NCBI GenBank assembly: GCA_039588295.1
Contig: JBDHAB010000015.1
Location: 1 to 64,000 of the forward strand
Length of the DNA stretch: 64,000 nt
Direction: 5' to 3'
From: Gemmatimonadota bacterium
GTDB taxonomy: Bacteria; Gemmatimonadota; Gemmatimonadetes; Gemmatimonadales; GWC2-71-9
Below, in pieces: positions 18,868-28,396 of this stretch. Under the pieces are notes generated by a model. It saw nothing but the letters and a program-made list of their open reading frames with translations. It made no database searches and was not told the origin of the DNA. Each line of letters opens with the position of its first letter. The stretch's first letter is position 1. A program made the translations under genes and the position numbers.

Positions 18868-19842
18868 TCACAACGCGAGTTCCGACCCCACACCCTGCTT
18901 CCTCGCCCGCCCCAGTAGCAGCACACCCGTTACCACGTCTTCGAGCGCGAGCCCGAGGTTGATGCACACGATGCGCTCGTCCGCCGTCTCGCGACGGGGT
19001 CGCTCACCGGTCGCGATCTGGCCCAGGTCGGCGTACGCACGTGGTGTGGTACGGAAGTAGCCGACGGAGCGGTAGTACTCCATCTGGTCAATGTCGTCCG
19101 TGGCGAGTTTCTCGACATCAGCCAGTGCCGCCCCGGTCCAATAGGAATCGAAGTCGAGCGCGCAGGCAAAGGCACCCGGTGCGAGCCAGCCCGGTTCAAT
19201 CGTCGGTTCCGGCTCTTTGAGAATGGGGCCACTTGTGACCACGAGATCCTGGCCGTCCATCGCCTCCCGCGCCGACGCCACGACCTCGACGGTGATGCCG
19301 TGAGCGTCCGTCATGTCTCGCGCGAACCGCTCGGCCACTTGCCGCTCGATGTCGAACACCTTCACAAACTCGAGTTCGAACACACACGACAGCGCTTCGA
19401 GATTGCTTCTACCCTGAACGCCACACGCGATGATGCCAACGCTTCTGGCATCCGGTCGAGCCAGGTACCTCGCGGCCACTGCTGTCGCGGCACCGGTTCG
19501 CATTGCCGTGATCCACGTCGCGTCCATGACGGCCGTGGGGAGACCCGTGCCGGGATCGTTGAGGATTACGAGCCCCGAGATGTAGGGAAGCTCCCGGGCT
19601 CGATTCTCGGGATACCCGGCGATCCATTTCATGCCGGCGGCCTCGAACCGGGGGACATAGGCCGGCATGGCGTGGACGAACGCGTTCTCACGCGGATGGA
19701 TTCCCGGTTTCGGAGGCATTTCGACCTGCCCGCGCCCCTTCTCGCTGAAGGCAGTATCGAGGGCATCGATGATCTCGCGCATGGAGAGGTCGAGCGCTTC
19801 GACGTCACGGCGCGATAGATAGCGGAGGTTGTGAGTCATCAT
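18868..19842 (-). CDS. Ornithine cyclodeaminase / mu-crystallin family protein
   Basis: EMPPK, HAMPA, GMKW, ITAMRTGAA, Rossmann-like IIACGVQG, GLALEDV. Confidence 0.9.
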   Translation of the reverse strand: MMTHNLRYLSRRDVEALDLSMREIIDALDTAFSEKGRGQVEMPPKPGIHPRENAFVHAMPAYVPRFEAAGMKWIAGYPENRARELPYISGLVILNDPGTGLPTAVMDATWITAMRTGAATAVAARYLARPDARSVGIIACGVQGRSNLEALSCVFELEFVKVFDIERQVAERFARDMTDAHGITVEVVASAREAMDGQDLVVTSGPILKEPEPTIEPGWLAPGAFACALDFDSYWTGAALADVEKLATDDIDQMEYYRSVGYFRTTPRAYADLGQIATGERPRRETADERIVCINLGLALEDVVTGVLLLGRARKQGVGSELAL

Positions 19843-20050
19843 GAGCGTGTCTCTGGTGTGGTAGAGGAAACATGTGGGCGGAGAGTGGCGCGCGGGAGTA
19901 CCGAGCGGCGCTACCGCCTGTGAACGGACCGATTAGGTTGTTACTCGTAGGGGCTGTTCGTCAGCGGGAGCGGTCCGTGATCCCCCACGGGCCAAGGCGT
20001 TGCCCAATCGGCCCCCCGTTGATTTCACTCCACAACAATGGGACGTAACA

Positions 20051-20677
20051 ATGACCCACAACTCTCTGGCCGACCTCCGTAGGAGTGCCGTGGTCGTCAT
20101 CGACCTCGCCAACGATTTCGTGTATCCGGGCGGTGTCATTGCCGACGCCGGCGGCGCCGAGTACCGAGCTCGGGCCCAGGCAATCATCCCGGCACTCAAG
20201 AAGCTGCTGACGGCCGCTCGGCGGGTCGGCGTCCGAGTCGTCTACGCCACCGACGCGCACACGCCGAGCGATACGGAACTCCGCAAGTGGCCGCCACACG
20301 CTATGCAGGGCACGAAGGAGGCGGAGATCGTGGAGGACTTGCGTCCGGAACCGGGTGACCTCGTAATCGAGAAACAAACATACAGCCCGTTTGTGAGTGG
20401 CAATATGGATGCGCAACTCAAGGCACATGGAATCGACCGGCTCTATGTCACCGGCCTTCACACGGATTGCTGTGCGCGTCACACCTCAGGTGACGCCTTT
20501 CAGCTCGGGTATGATTTGGCATGGGTCACGGATGCCATGCAGGCGTTTACGGAAGAGGCGCACACGAGTGGACTCGAGTACTTCAAGGCCTGGTACGCGT
20601 CCGATCCTGAGCGCCAGCTCCGAACCGTTGACCAGATCGTGACCGAATGGGAGCAAGCGACAGCCGCGGTGGCATAG
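20051..20677 (+). CDS. Isochorismatase-family cysteine hydrolase
   Basis: VVIDLANDF (Asp), DAH, WPPH, IEKQTYSPF (Lys), GLHTDCC (Cys). Start at ATG 20051. Confidence 0.9.
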   Translation: MTHNSLADLRRSAVVVIDLANDFVYPGGVIADAGGAEYRARAQAIIPALKKLLTAARRVGVRVVYATDAHTPSDTELRKWPPHAMQGTKEAEIVEDLRPEPGDLVIEKQTYSPFVSGNMDAQLKAHGIDRLYVTGLHTDCCARHTSGDAFQLGYDLAWVTDAMQAFTEEAHTSGLEYFKAWYASDPERQLRTVDQIVTEWEQATAAVA

Positions 20678-20690
20678 ACCTTACTGGTGA

Positions 20691-20719
20691 TGCGCCGTAC
20701 CTCCTTGCGGTACGGCGCA
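20691..20719 (+). terminator. Hairpin after the hydrolase gene
   Basis: TGCGCCGTACC-N7-GGTACGGCGCA, 11-bp stem; no clear U-tract. Confidence 0.45.
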
Positions 20720-20813
20720 CCCTGCTACATTTGTCTCTGTAGTATCCCTCCAGGTTCCTCCCGGCTTTGAGGGTCGCATTTGCCTCGGACACTCTGCCTG
20801 CGGAGACTCGACT

Positions 20814-21797
20814 ATGACGCCGCATCACGTGACTCGGCGCGATTTCGTGGCCATGGGAGCCGTGGGAACGGCTTCGCTGCTCCTATGCCGAGATCCACTC
20901 ACCCCTGAACCGCCGATGCCGGAACGGCCGCTTGGCCGGACGGGACACCGGGTCCGTCTGTTCAGCCTCGGGGGGCAGGCCACACTCGAGCGCGAGGGGA
21001 CTCGTGATGAATCCGTGGCCATCGTCAACCGCGCGATCGACCTGGGCGTGAACTACATCGACACGGCTGCGGCGTACGGTCAGGGAATCAGCCAGACCTA
21101 CATCGGCGAGGTCATGGCGACCCGACGGGACGAGGTCTTTCTTGCGACGAAGACGCATAACCGCACGCGCGACGGGTCGCTGGAGCTGCTGGAGCGAAGT
21201 CTCGAGCTGCTCCAGACCGATCATCTCGACCTCTGGCAGCTCCACAATGTGCGGCAGACGGATCAGCTCGATCGGATCTTCGCCGCCGACGGGGCGATCC
21301 ACGCTCTTCAGCAGGCGCGAGACGAGAACATGGTGCGGTTTCTCGGGATCACCGGACACTTCGATCCGGCGGTGCTCCTCGACGGGATCAACCGGTTCGA
21401 CTTCGACACGATTCTCATGGCGCTCAATCCGGCCGACCCGCATCACCTGCCGTTCGCGGCGGAGCTATTGCCGGAAGCGAATCGGAAGGGAATGGGCATC
21501 ATTGCGATGAAGATTCCTGCCCGCGGCCGGATGTTTCGCGAGGGCGGCCTCACCTCGATGAAGGACGCCATGAGTTGGGTGCTGTCTCACCAGGTGAGCA
21601 CCGTGATCGTGGGTTGTGATACCGTCGCGCAGCTGGAAGAGAACGTGCAGATCGCAAGGGGTTTCGAGCCGATGTCGCAGGCGGAGCTCGAGCGCGTCGA
21701 GGGCCTGACGGCGAGCTATGCAACGGACGCGGCGTTCTTCAAGCGTGACGCGTCTGGATGGCAGCGGCGCGGAGATGACGACCAAGACACCGATTGA
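20814..21797 (+). CDS. Aldo/keto reductase with a twin-arginine-like leader
   Basis: TRRDF leader; RPLGRTG, GVNYIDTAAAYG, FLATK, LQTDHLDLWQLH. Confidence 0.9.
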   Translation: MTPHHVTRRDFVAMGAVGTASLLLCRDPLTPEPPMPERPLGRTGHRVRLFSLGGQATLEREGTRDESVAIVNRAIDLGVNYIDTAAAYGQGISQTYIGEVMATRRDEVFLATKTHNRTRDGSLELLERSLELLQTDHLDLWQLHNVRQTDQLDRIFAADGAIHALQQARDENMVRFLGITGHFDPAVLLDGINRFDFDTILMALNPADPHHLPFAAELLPEANRKGMGIIAMKIPARGRMFREGGLTSMKDAMSWVLSHQVSTVIVGCDTVAQLEENVQIARGFEPMSQAELERVEGLTASYATDAAFFKRDASGWQRRGDDDQDTD

Positions 21798-21852
21798 CCG
21801 CGAATCTCGCAAGCGCTGGATAAGGGGAAGATGTAAAGGGAGGAGCGTCGAG

Positions 21853-23025
<1,173 letters not shown>

Positions 23026-23052
23026 GCGAGGCTAGGAGCGCAGACGTCGTCG

Positions 23053-23814
23053 CTAGTTGCTGCTGAACCGTTCCAGGAACCCGCGCTCCTCGGGTGAGAG
23101 GCTGCCTACGCCGTGGGCACCGATCTTGTCGAGGATGCGGTCGAGTTCTTCCCGATTCACCGGATGGATGTCGTCGCGTGAGATTTGCTGCCAACGTTTC
23201 ATGGCGCTCGCCGCGTCGCGGACCGGTGGTTGAGTCGGGTCGGCCTTCTTCTTGAACTTCCGAGCCGGCGAGCGCCATTCGGCCCACTTCATATAGAGCC
23301 AGCCACCGAGGAAACCTCCGAGGTGGGCGAAATGCGCGATGCCCCCGCGAGCCCCTCCGAGGCCACCGTACAGCGATAGTGCGGTCATGATGATCACGAG
23401 CCACCGCGCCTGGATGGGCAGCACGCCCCAGATATAGATGAGGGCTCGTGGCCAATAGCGCGCAAAGGCCAACAAGACGCCGAAGACCGCCCCCGATGCG
23501 CCAACAATGGCGGTGCGCGGGGTGAACGGCAGTGACACGATCGCCGCCATGATACCAGCCGCAAAGTACAGCATGATAAACCTGCTGCTGCCGAGCCGCT
23601 CCTCCACCCGCGGTCCGAAGAAATACAGCGCCAGCATATTGAAGAACAGATGGAACAGCCCGGCGTGGAGGAACATGTACGTGATGACGGTCCACGGCCT
23701 GATTGGAATGAGGACGGGGACCAGGACCAGCCCTCGCCATAGCTGCGGGAACGCCATCGAGACCAGATACATCGCCGCGTTGGCGAAGAGCAGTCGGGTC
23801 ACCCACGGGGTCAT
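23053..23814 (-). CDS. Rhomboid intramembrane serine protease
   Basis: HLFFNM, GASG, AHFAHLGG; several TM helices; C-terminal LDRILDKI domain. Confidence 0.93.
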   Translation of the reverse strand: MTPWVTRLLFANAAMYLVSMAFPQLWRGLVLVPVLIPIRPWTVITYMFLHAGLFHLFFNMLALYFFGPRVEERLGSSRFIMLYFAAGIMAAIVSLPFTPRTAIVGASGAVFGVLLAFARYWPRALIYIWGVLPIQARWLVIIMTALSLYGGLGGARGGIAHFAHLGGFLGGWLYMKWAEWRSPARKFKKKADPTQPPVRDAASAMKRWQQISRDDIHPVNREELDRILDKIGAHGVGSLSPEERGFLERFSSN

Positions 23815-23927
23815 AGCTAGGAAGGCTAGGCGGATGCGCCGCGCGACGCCACCCGCTCGGTTCCCGTTTCCGGAGTGCGAGGTATCTTAAAGTCTCCTTG
23901 ATCATCCTCTTCGCCGGCACGAGCGCC

Positions 23928-25568
23928 ATGCCCCGACCTCACTTCATCAAGCGGCGCGACTCGCGATCCACCGGTGGCGGCATCACCGGCGGGAAGGTCA
24001 CGCTCCCGCCAGATCTGATCGAGAAGGCGGGCAAGCGCCTGGGATTGGCCGCGCTCGTGTACGCGGTGGCATATCTGCTGGCGTATGGCACGAGCCGAGT
24101 CACACAGAATTTCGCCGACATTTGGGGGGGTGGCTTTCCAAACCTCCCCGATTTCTGCGCGGCCGGGTTCATCGCCCTCGCCATCGGGATGTTCTTTCTC
24201 GCTCGCAGCCAGTTGGTGGCCGGCACGCAGCTGCTGGACCTCGGCCTCGTGTTCGAGGTGGTCGGAGCCATCGGGATCGACTTCTTCTTCGTCTGGGGAC
24301 TCTGGCCCACGGGCTTACAGATGACAGGGATCTCGTGGGTTTGTGTGTGGATCGTCTTCTTCCCGCTCATCGTACCGAGCACTCCGGGCAAGACGCTGGT
24401 GGTCTCGCTTCTGGCAGCCTCCGCGACACCGGTTCTGTATCGCATTGGTGTCGCGCAGGGCGGCGATCCGCTGGGTGCGACGGCGCTGTCATACATCATC
24501 CCGAACTACATCTGCGCTGGGATCGCCGTTGTTGGCGCCCGCGTTGTGTACCGACTCGGATCCGACATCAGCAGGGCCCGTCGCATGGGATCGTACCAGC
24601 TCGTCGAAAAGCTGGGAGAAGGCGGCATGGGTGAGGTGTGGAAGGCCGAGCACCGCATGTTGGCGCGCCCGGCCGCGATCAAGCTCGTTCGCGGAAGCCC
24701 GGCAGGTACCGGCCCGGGTCGCACAACGGGCAGCGACGTTCATCGGTTCGAGCGAGAGGTGCAGGCGACGGCGCAGCTGCGCTCGCCGCACACGGTGGAG
24801 GTCTACGACTACGGGCTCACCGAGGACCGCACTTTCTACTACGTAATGGAGTTGCTGGACGGGCTGAGTTTGGAAGAGTTGGTCACGCAGTACGGACCGA
24901 CCCCGGCGGCGCGGGTCGTGCACATCATTCGGCAGGCGTGCCACTCACTGGCGGAGGCACATGCGCGAGGGCTCGTGCATCGCGACATCAAGCCTGCGAA
25001 CATCTTCCTCTGCCGCTACGGACTCGAATACGATTTCGTGAAGGTGCTTGACTTCGGGCTCGTGAAGCCGGCTGGCGTGGACGCGCCCGGCGATGTGAAG
25101 CTCACCGACGTCGGCTCGTTTGCGGGGACGCCGGCCTACGTCTCGCCCGAAGCGGCCATGGGTGAGCGGGACAAGGTGGACATGGGGAGCGACATCTACT
25201 CGCTCGGTTGCGTGGCGTACTGGCTGCTCACCGGGCGTACGGTGTTCGCCGGGTCAACACCGATGCAGGTGCTGTTCCAGCACGTGCATCAGGAACCGGC
25301 TCCCCCGTCCAGCTGCACCGAACTCAAGATCCCGAAGGAACTCGATGCGCTGGTGCTCGAGTGCCTCAGGAAAGAGAAGGAAGCGCGCCCTCGATCGGTG
25401 GAGCAGCTCGGTGCTCGCCTCGAGGCACTTCCGTTCGACGATCCGTGGACGGTAGAACGCTCACGACAGTGGTGGGATCGTCACCGACCGGCGCGGCACG
25501 AGGCACAGGTTGCCTGGTCGGTGGCGGATACTGCAGCCGGCGCGGCTCAGCCGATCGCCAAGCTCTAG
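23928..25568 (+). CDS. Membrane-embedded Ser/Thr kinase with an N-terminal multi-TM sensor region
   Basis: About six hydrophobic segments, then LGEGGMGEV, AAIK, HRDIKPAN, DFG, GTPAYVSPE. Confidence 0.92.
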   Translation: MPRPHFIKRRDSRSTGGGITGGKVTLPPDLIEKAGKRLGLAALVYAVAYLLAYGTSRVTQNFADIWGGGFPNLPDFCAAGFIALAIGMFFLARSQLVAGTQLLDLGLVFEVVGAIGIDFFFVWGLWPTGLQMTGISWVCVWIVFFPLIVPSTPGKTLVVSLLAASATPVLYRIGVAQGGDPLGATALSYIIPNYICAGIAVVGARVVYRLGSDISRARRMGSYQLVEKLGEGGMGEVWKAEHRMLARPAAIKLVRGSPAGTGPGRTTGSDVHRFEREVQATAQLRSPHTVEVYDYGLTEDRTFYYVMELLDGLSLEELVTQYGPTPAARVVHIIRQACHSLAEAHARGLVHRDIKPANIFLCRYGLEYDFVKVLDFGLVKPAGVDAPGDVKLTDVGSFAGTPAYVSPEAAMGERDKVDMGSDIYSLGCVAYWLLTGRTVFAGSTPMQVLFQHVHQEPAPPSSCTELKIPKELDALVLECLRKEKEARPRSVEQLGARLEALPFDDPWTVERSRQWWDRHRPARHEAQVAWSVADTAAGAAQPIAKL

Positions 25569-26734
25569 CGTCTGGAGGCTGTCGGTCGTTCTTTCGACTG
25601 CGTGAGGATCTGCGAGACCAGTTCGTCGTTGTTCTTGGTCCGCCGCATCAGGTCGAGCAGCTCCTTCATCGCATCGGCGGCCGGCAAGTTCGCGAGCCAG
25701 TGGCGGAGAGAGCGCGACGCTTCGAGGGCCTCCGGAGAGAGTAGCCGTTCTTCTCGTCGGGTGGCACTCGCGTTGAGGTCGATGGCGGGGTAGATGCGAC
25801 GCTCGGCCAGCTCGCGGCTCAGCACGAGCTCGCTGTTCCCGGTCCCCTTGAACTCCTCAAAGATCACCTGATCCATGCGCGAGCCCGTATCGATCAGGGC
25901 GGTCCCGATGATGGTGAGCGAGCCGCCGCTCTGCTGAGGGTCGATGTTGCGAGCGCTGCCCAGAAATCGCTTGGGCCGCTCCATCGCGGTGGCGTCGAGA
26001 CCGCCTGACAGCGTCCGCCCACTACTCTTCTCGACCCGGTTGTGGGCACGGGCCAGCCGCGTGATCGAATCCAGGATGATGACGACATCGTCACCCTGCT
26101 CGACGCGGCGGCGCGCCCGTTCCACCGTGAGGTCGGCGACGGCCACGTGTCGGGTTGCCGGGAAGTCAAACGTGGATGCAATGACCTCACCGAATCCGCA
26201 GGCCTCCATCTCGGTGACTTCCTCGGGTCGTTCGTCCACCAGGAGGATGAGCAACAACGCCTCCGGGTAGTTCTTCACGATTCCCTCGGCGAGGGCCTGG
26301 AGCACCATCGTCTTGCCCGCCTTTGCCGGCGCGACGATCATGGCACGCTGCCCTAGCCCGACCGGGCAAATCAAGTCGATCACGCGATTGGTGTAATCCA
26401 GGCCGCCGAGGCGTGTGAGGTCACAGTCGAGGGTGAGCGGCTTGTTCGGGTGAATAGCCGTGAGTTCGTTGAACCGGGGCCGGGTGTTGCCCCTGATGGC
26501 AGGCCGGCCGTTGACGGCCTCCAGCCGGGTCAACGAACGGCTCTTGCCGCGCCCAGATGGCTCGCCAACTTGGCCGGCGAGTTCGTCGCCGGTTCGCAGC
26601 CCGAATTGCTGCACGATCTTCCGGCCGACGTGAATGTCGCCGCGGGACGGCAGATATGAGTGCTCCGGCCGCCGCAGGAATGCAGCGCCCTTCGCAGTCA
26701 CGTCCAATACGCCGAGAACTGGTGCGTCGGTCAC
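25565..26734 (-). CDS. rho: Transcription termination factor Rho, short divergent form
   Basis: GLGQR, Walker A APAKAGKT, DERPEE, LDSITRLARAHN, SGRTLSGG, IFEEFKGTGNSE, SATRREE. It begins directly at the OB fold (GVLDV). Confidence 0.93.
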   Translation of the reverse strand: MTDAPVLGVLDVTAKGAAFLRRPEHSYLPSRGDIHVGRKIVQQFGLRTGDELAGQVGEPSGRGKSRSLTRLEAVNGRPAIRGNTRPRFNELTAIHPNKPLTLDCDLTRLGGLDYTNRVIDLICPVGLGQRAMIVAPAKAGKTMVLQALAEGIVKNYPEALLLILLVDERPEEVTEMEACGFGEVIASTFDFPATRHVAVADLTVERARRRVEQGDDVVIILDSITRLARAHNRVEKSSGRTLSGGLDATAMERPKRFLGSARNIDPQQSGGSLTIIGTALIDTGSRMDQVIFEEFKGTGNSELVLSRELAERRIYPAIDLNASATRREERLLSPEALEASRSLRHWLANLPAADAMKELLDLMRRTKNNDELVSQILTQSKERPTASRR

Positions 26735-26886
26735 GAGCGTGGGTGGTAGTAGGTACTGGTTATGAGAGTACGGCCGTCTAGGGTCGTCTCTGGTATCTGA
26801 TTAGTCGGGGGGTCTACGGCCCGTCTATCGGGCTTCTCCCTCTGAACGTAGTGCTGTCGGGACGACGCGCAAGGTGCGTCCGCCGA

Positions 26887-27108
26887 TCAGTTCTTGTGGC
26901 GAAACGTAATGCGGCCGCGAGTCAGATCGTACGGTGACACCTCGACGGTCACACGATCACCCGCGAGGACCCGGATGCGGTTGCGCCGCATCCGCCCGGC
27001 AATGGTGGAAAGGACCGTATGTCCGTTCTCTAATAGTACACGGAAGGTGGCGTTCGGCAGTACCTCGGTCACCGTTCCCTGGAGTTCGATTGCGTCTTTC
27101 TTTGTCAT
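26887..27108 (-). CDS. infA: Translation initiation factor IF-1
   Basis: [30 protein letters not shown]...[36 protein letters not shown] at 27108. Confidence 0.97.
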   Translation of the reverse strand: MTKKDAIELQGTVTEVLPNATFRVLLENGHTVLSTIAGRMRRNRIRVLAGDRVTVEVSPYDLTRGRITFRHKN

Positions 27109-27154
27109 GCGCCCTGCGGCTGTACTTCCTGCTTCAAGATGGTGGATGATAGCT

Positions 27155-27190
27155 CGGGGGGCCGCCGTTGACCACCCAGGCGGCCCCCCG
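27155..27190 (-). other. Strong GC hairpin between csp and infA, without a U-tract
   Basis: CGGGGGGCCGCC-N12-GGCGGCCCCCCG, perfect 12-bp stem. Confidence 0.6.
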
Positions 27191-27214
27191 TGCGCGATCA
27201 GCGAGTGGCTCGCC

Positions 27215-27427
27215 TCACTCGGCGAGCTTCGACACATTCTCGGCGGCCGGACCCTTGTCGCCCGATACGAGATCGAACTCGACCCGTTCGCCTTCCTTGA
27301 GTGACCTGAACCCAGAGCCCTGGATCGCGGAATAGTGGACGAAGCAATCCTTCTCGCCCGCATCCGGGGTAATGAATCCATAGCCCTTGCCATCGTTGAA
27401 CCACTTCACCAATCCAGTCGTACGCAT
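27215..27427 (-). CDS. cspA: Cold-shock protein (CSD), second paralog
   Basis: [19 protein letters not shown]...[10 protein letters not shown]...KGPAAENV; true start is ATG 27427. Confidence 0.97.
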   Translation of the reverse strand: MRTTGLVKWFNDGKGYGFITPDAGEKDCFVHYSAIQGSGFRSLKEGERVEFDLVSGDKGPAAENVSKLAE

Positions 27428-27564
27428 CGCCCTACACCCTCTTTGCGTTTGCGTGGTCGGGGTCCGGTCTTCCGGCACTGTCCGACTACTGGTCCTACGC
27501 GGCTCGAGCCCCCGCGCTGGGCCGCCCCGGGGTGAGCCCTCGCGCACCGGTGGGGCGACGGACA
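27428..27564 (-). ncRNA. Putative structured cis-regulatory 5' leader of csp (copy 2)
   Basis: Homologous to 11945-12081, with covarying stem pairs. Confidence 0.7.
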
Positions 27565-27570
27565 TCATGG

Positions 27571-27610
27571 ACAACAAAAATAGGGACGGGCCCACCGGGG
27601 CCTCATCCCT
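27571..27610 (-). terminator. Intrinsic terminator / attenuator inside the csp upstream region
   Basis: Minus strand AGGGATGAGGCC-CCGGTG-GGCCCGTCCCT followed by ATTTTTGTTGT. Confidence 0.7.
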
Positions 27611-27668
27611 TATTCACTTACCCACAGGCTTACTGCACTCAACCCTCGGTACCTGAACAACGCCCACA

Positions 27669-27697
27669 AAAGTATCCCCTGCGCGACTCGGTGTCAA
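27669..27697 (-). promoter_or_regulatory. Sigma70-type promoter upstream of csp-infA-rho
   Basis: Minus strand TTGACA-N17-TACTTT. Confidence 0.7.
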
Positions 27698-27834
27698 AAG
27701 CGGGTTCTACGATGCGCCCAACAGCAGTACCCCCCATCCACCCGATCGTGCAGCGGCCTTCTGGCACGCCCCGCCCCCCAGCACGTCCACAACCCCGTCG
27801 CCACCACGACGAGCACGGTGGGGAGACCCGGGGA

Positions 27835-28396
27835 TCATGCGCGGCGACGGCCGACGAAGGCTCCCACCAACGGTGGGAGCCAGCAGAGATTGGCGAGGAT
27901 CGTCTCGAGCGCGGTGAGCACCTGTGTGGTTGGGCTGAAGCCCACCAGTCGGGCCACTAGCAGGCCTGTCGGGACCGCCAGAATGACGCCGAGTCCGGCC
28001 AGCATGACGGGATGCCTGAGGTAGGCCTGCGCGCCGAGTCGGAGCGATCCTGTCCGCCGCCGCAGGAATACGAGCCCGGCCACGTTCGCCCCGATCTGGT
28101 CTGCCATGGCATAGAAGTACGGGATGTAGAAGCTCTCCACACCGTAGACATCGACCCCCGCCAGCCGGCTGCCGCGAGATACGCTTGCGGACGGCGTACA
28201 CCCCTTCCAGGAGGCTTTCCCCTTCGCCCGAGAGCGTACGCACGAGCCATTGTCCGACGCCACTCCGGTGGAGCCCAAGAGCATCCAGCACGCCACCCAA
28301 GAGGAATCCGCCGACGTACCCCGCAACGGTGTATCGGATCAGCTCTCGGAACTCGTCCGAGTCGTTTGCGACTTGCTTCCGAAGTTCGTCGCTCAC
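27835..28396 (-). pseudogene. Frameshifted membrane protein of unknown function
   Basis: GTG at 28396 overlaps the adh stop. The protein-like frame ([16 protein letters not shown]...[16 protein letters not shown]) switches near 28170 to another frame ([29 protein letters not shown]...LCWLPPLVG). Confidence 0.65.

Noticed and set aside
19828..20065. Both divergent genes begin MTHN (ATGACYCACAAC)
   Set aside because: Similarity stops after four codons; probably coincidence, with no larger inverted duplication visible.
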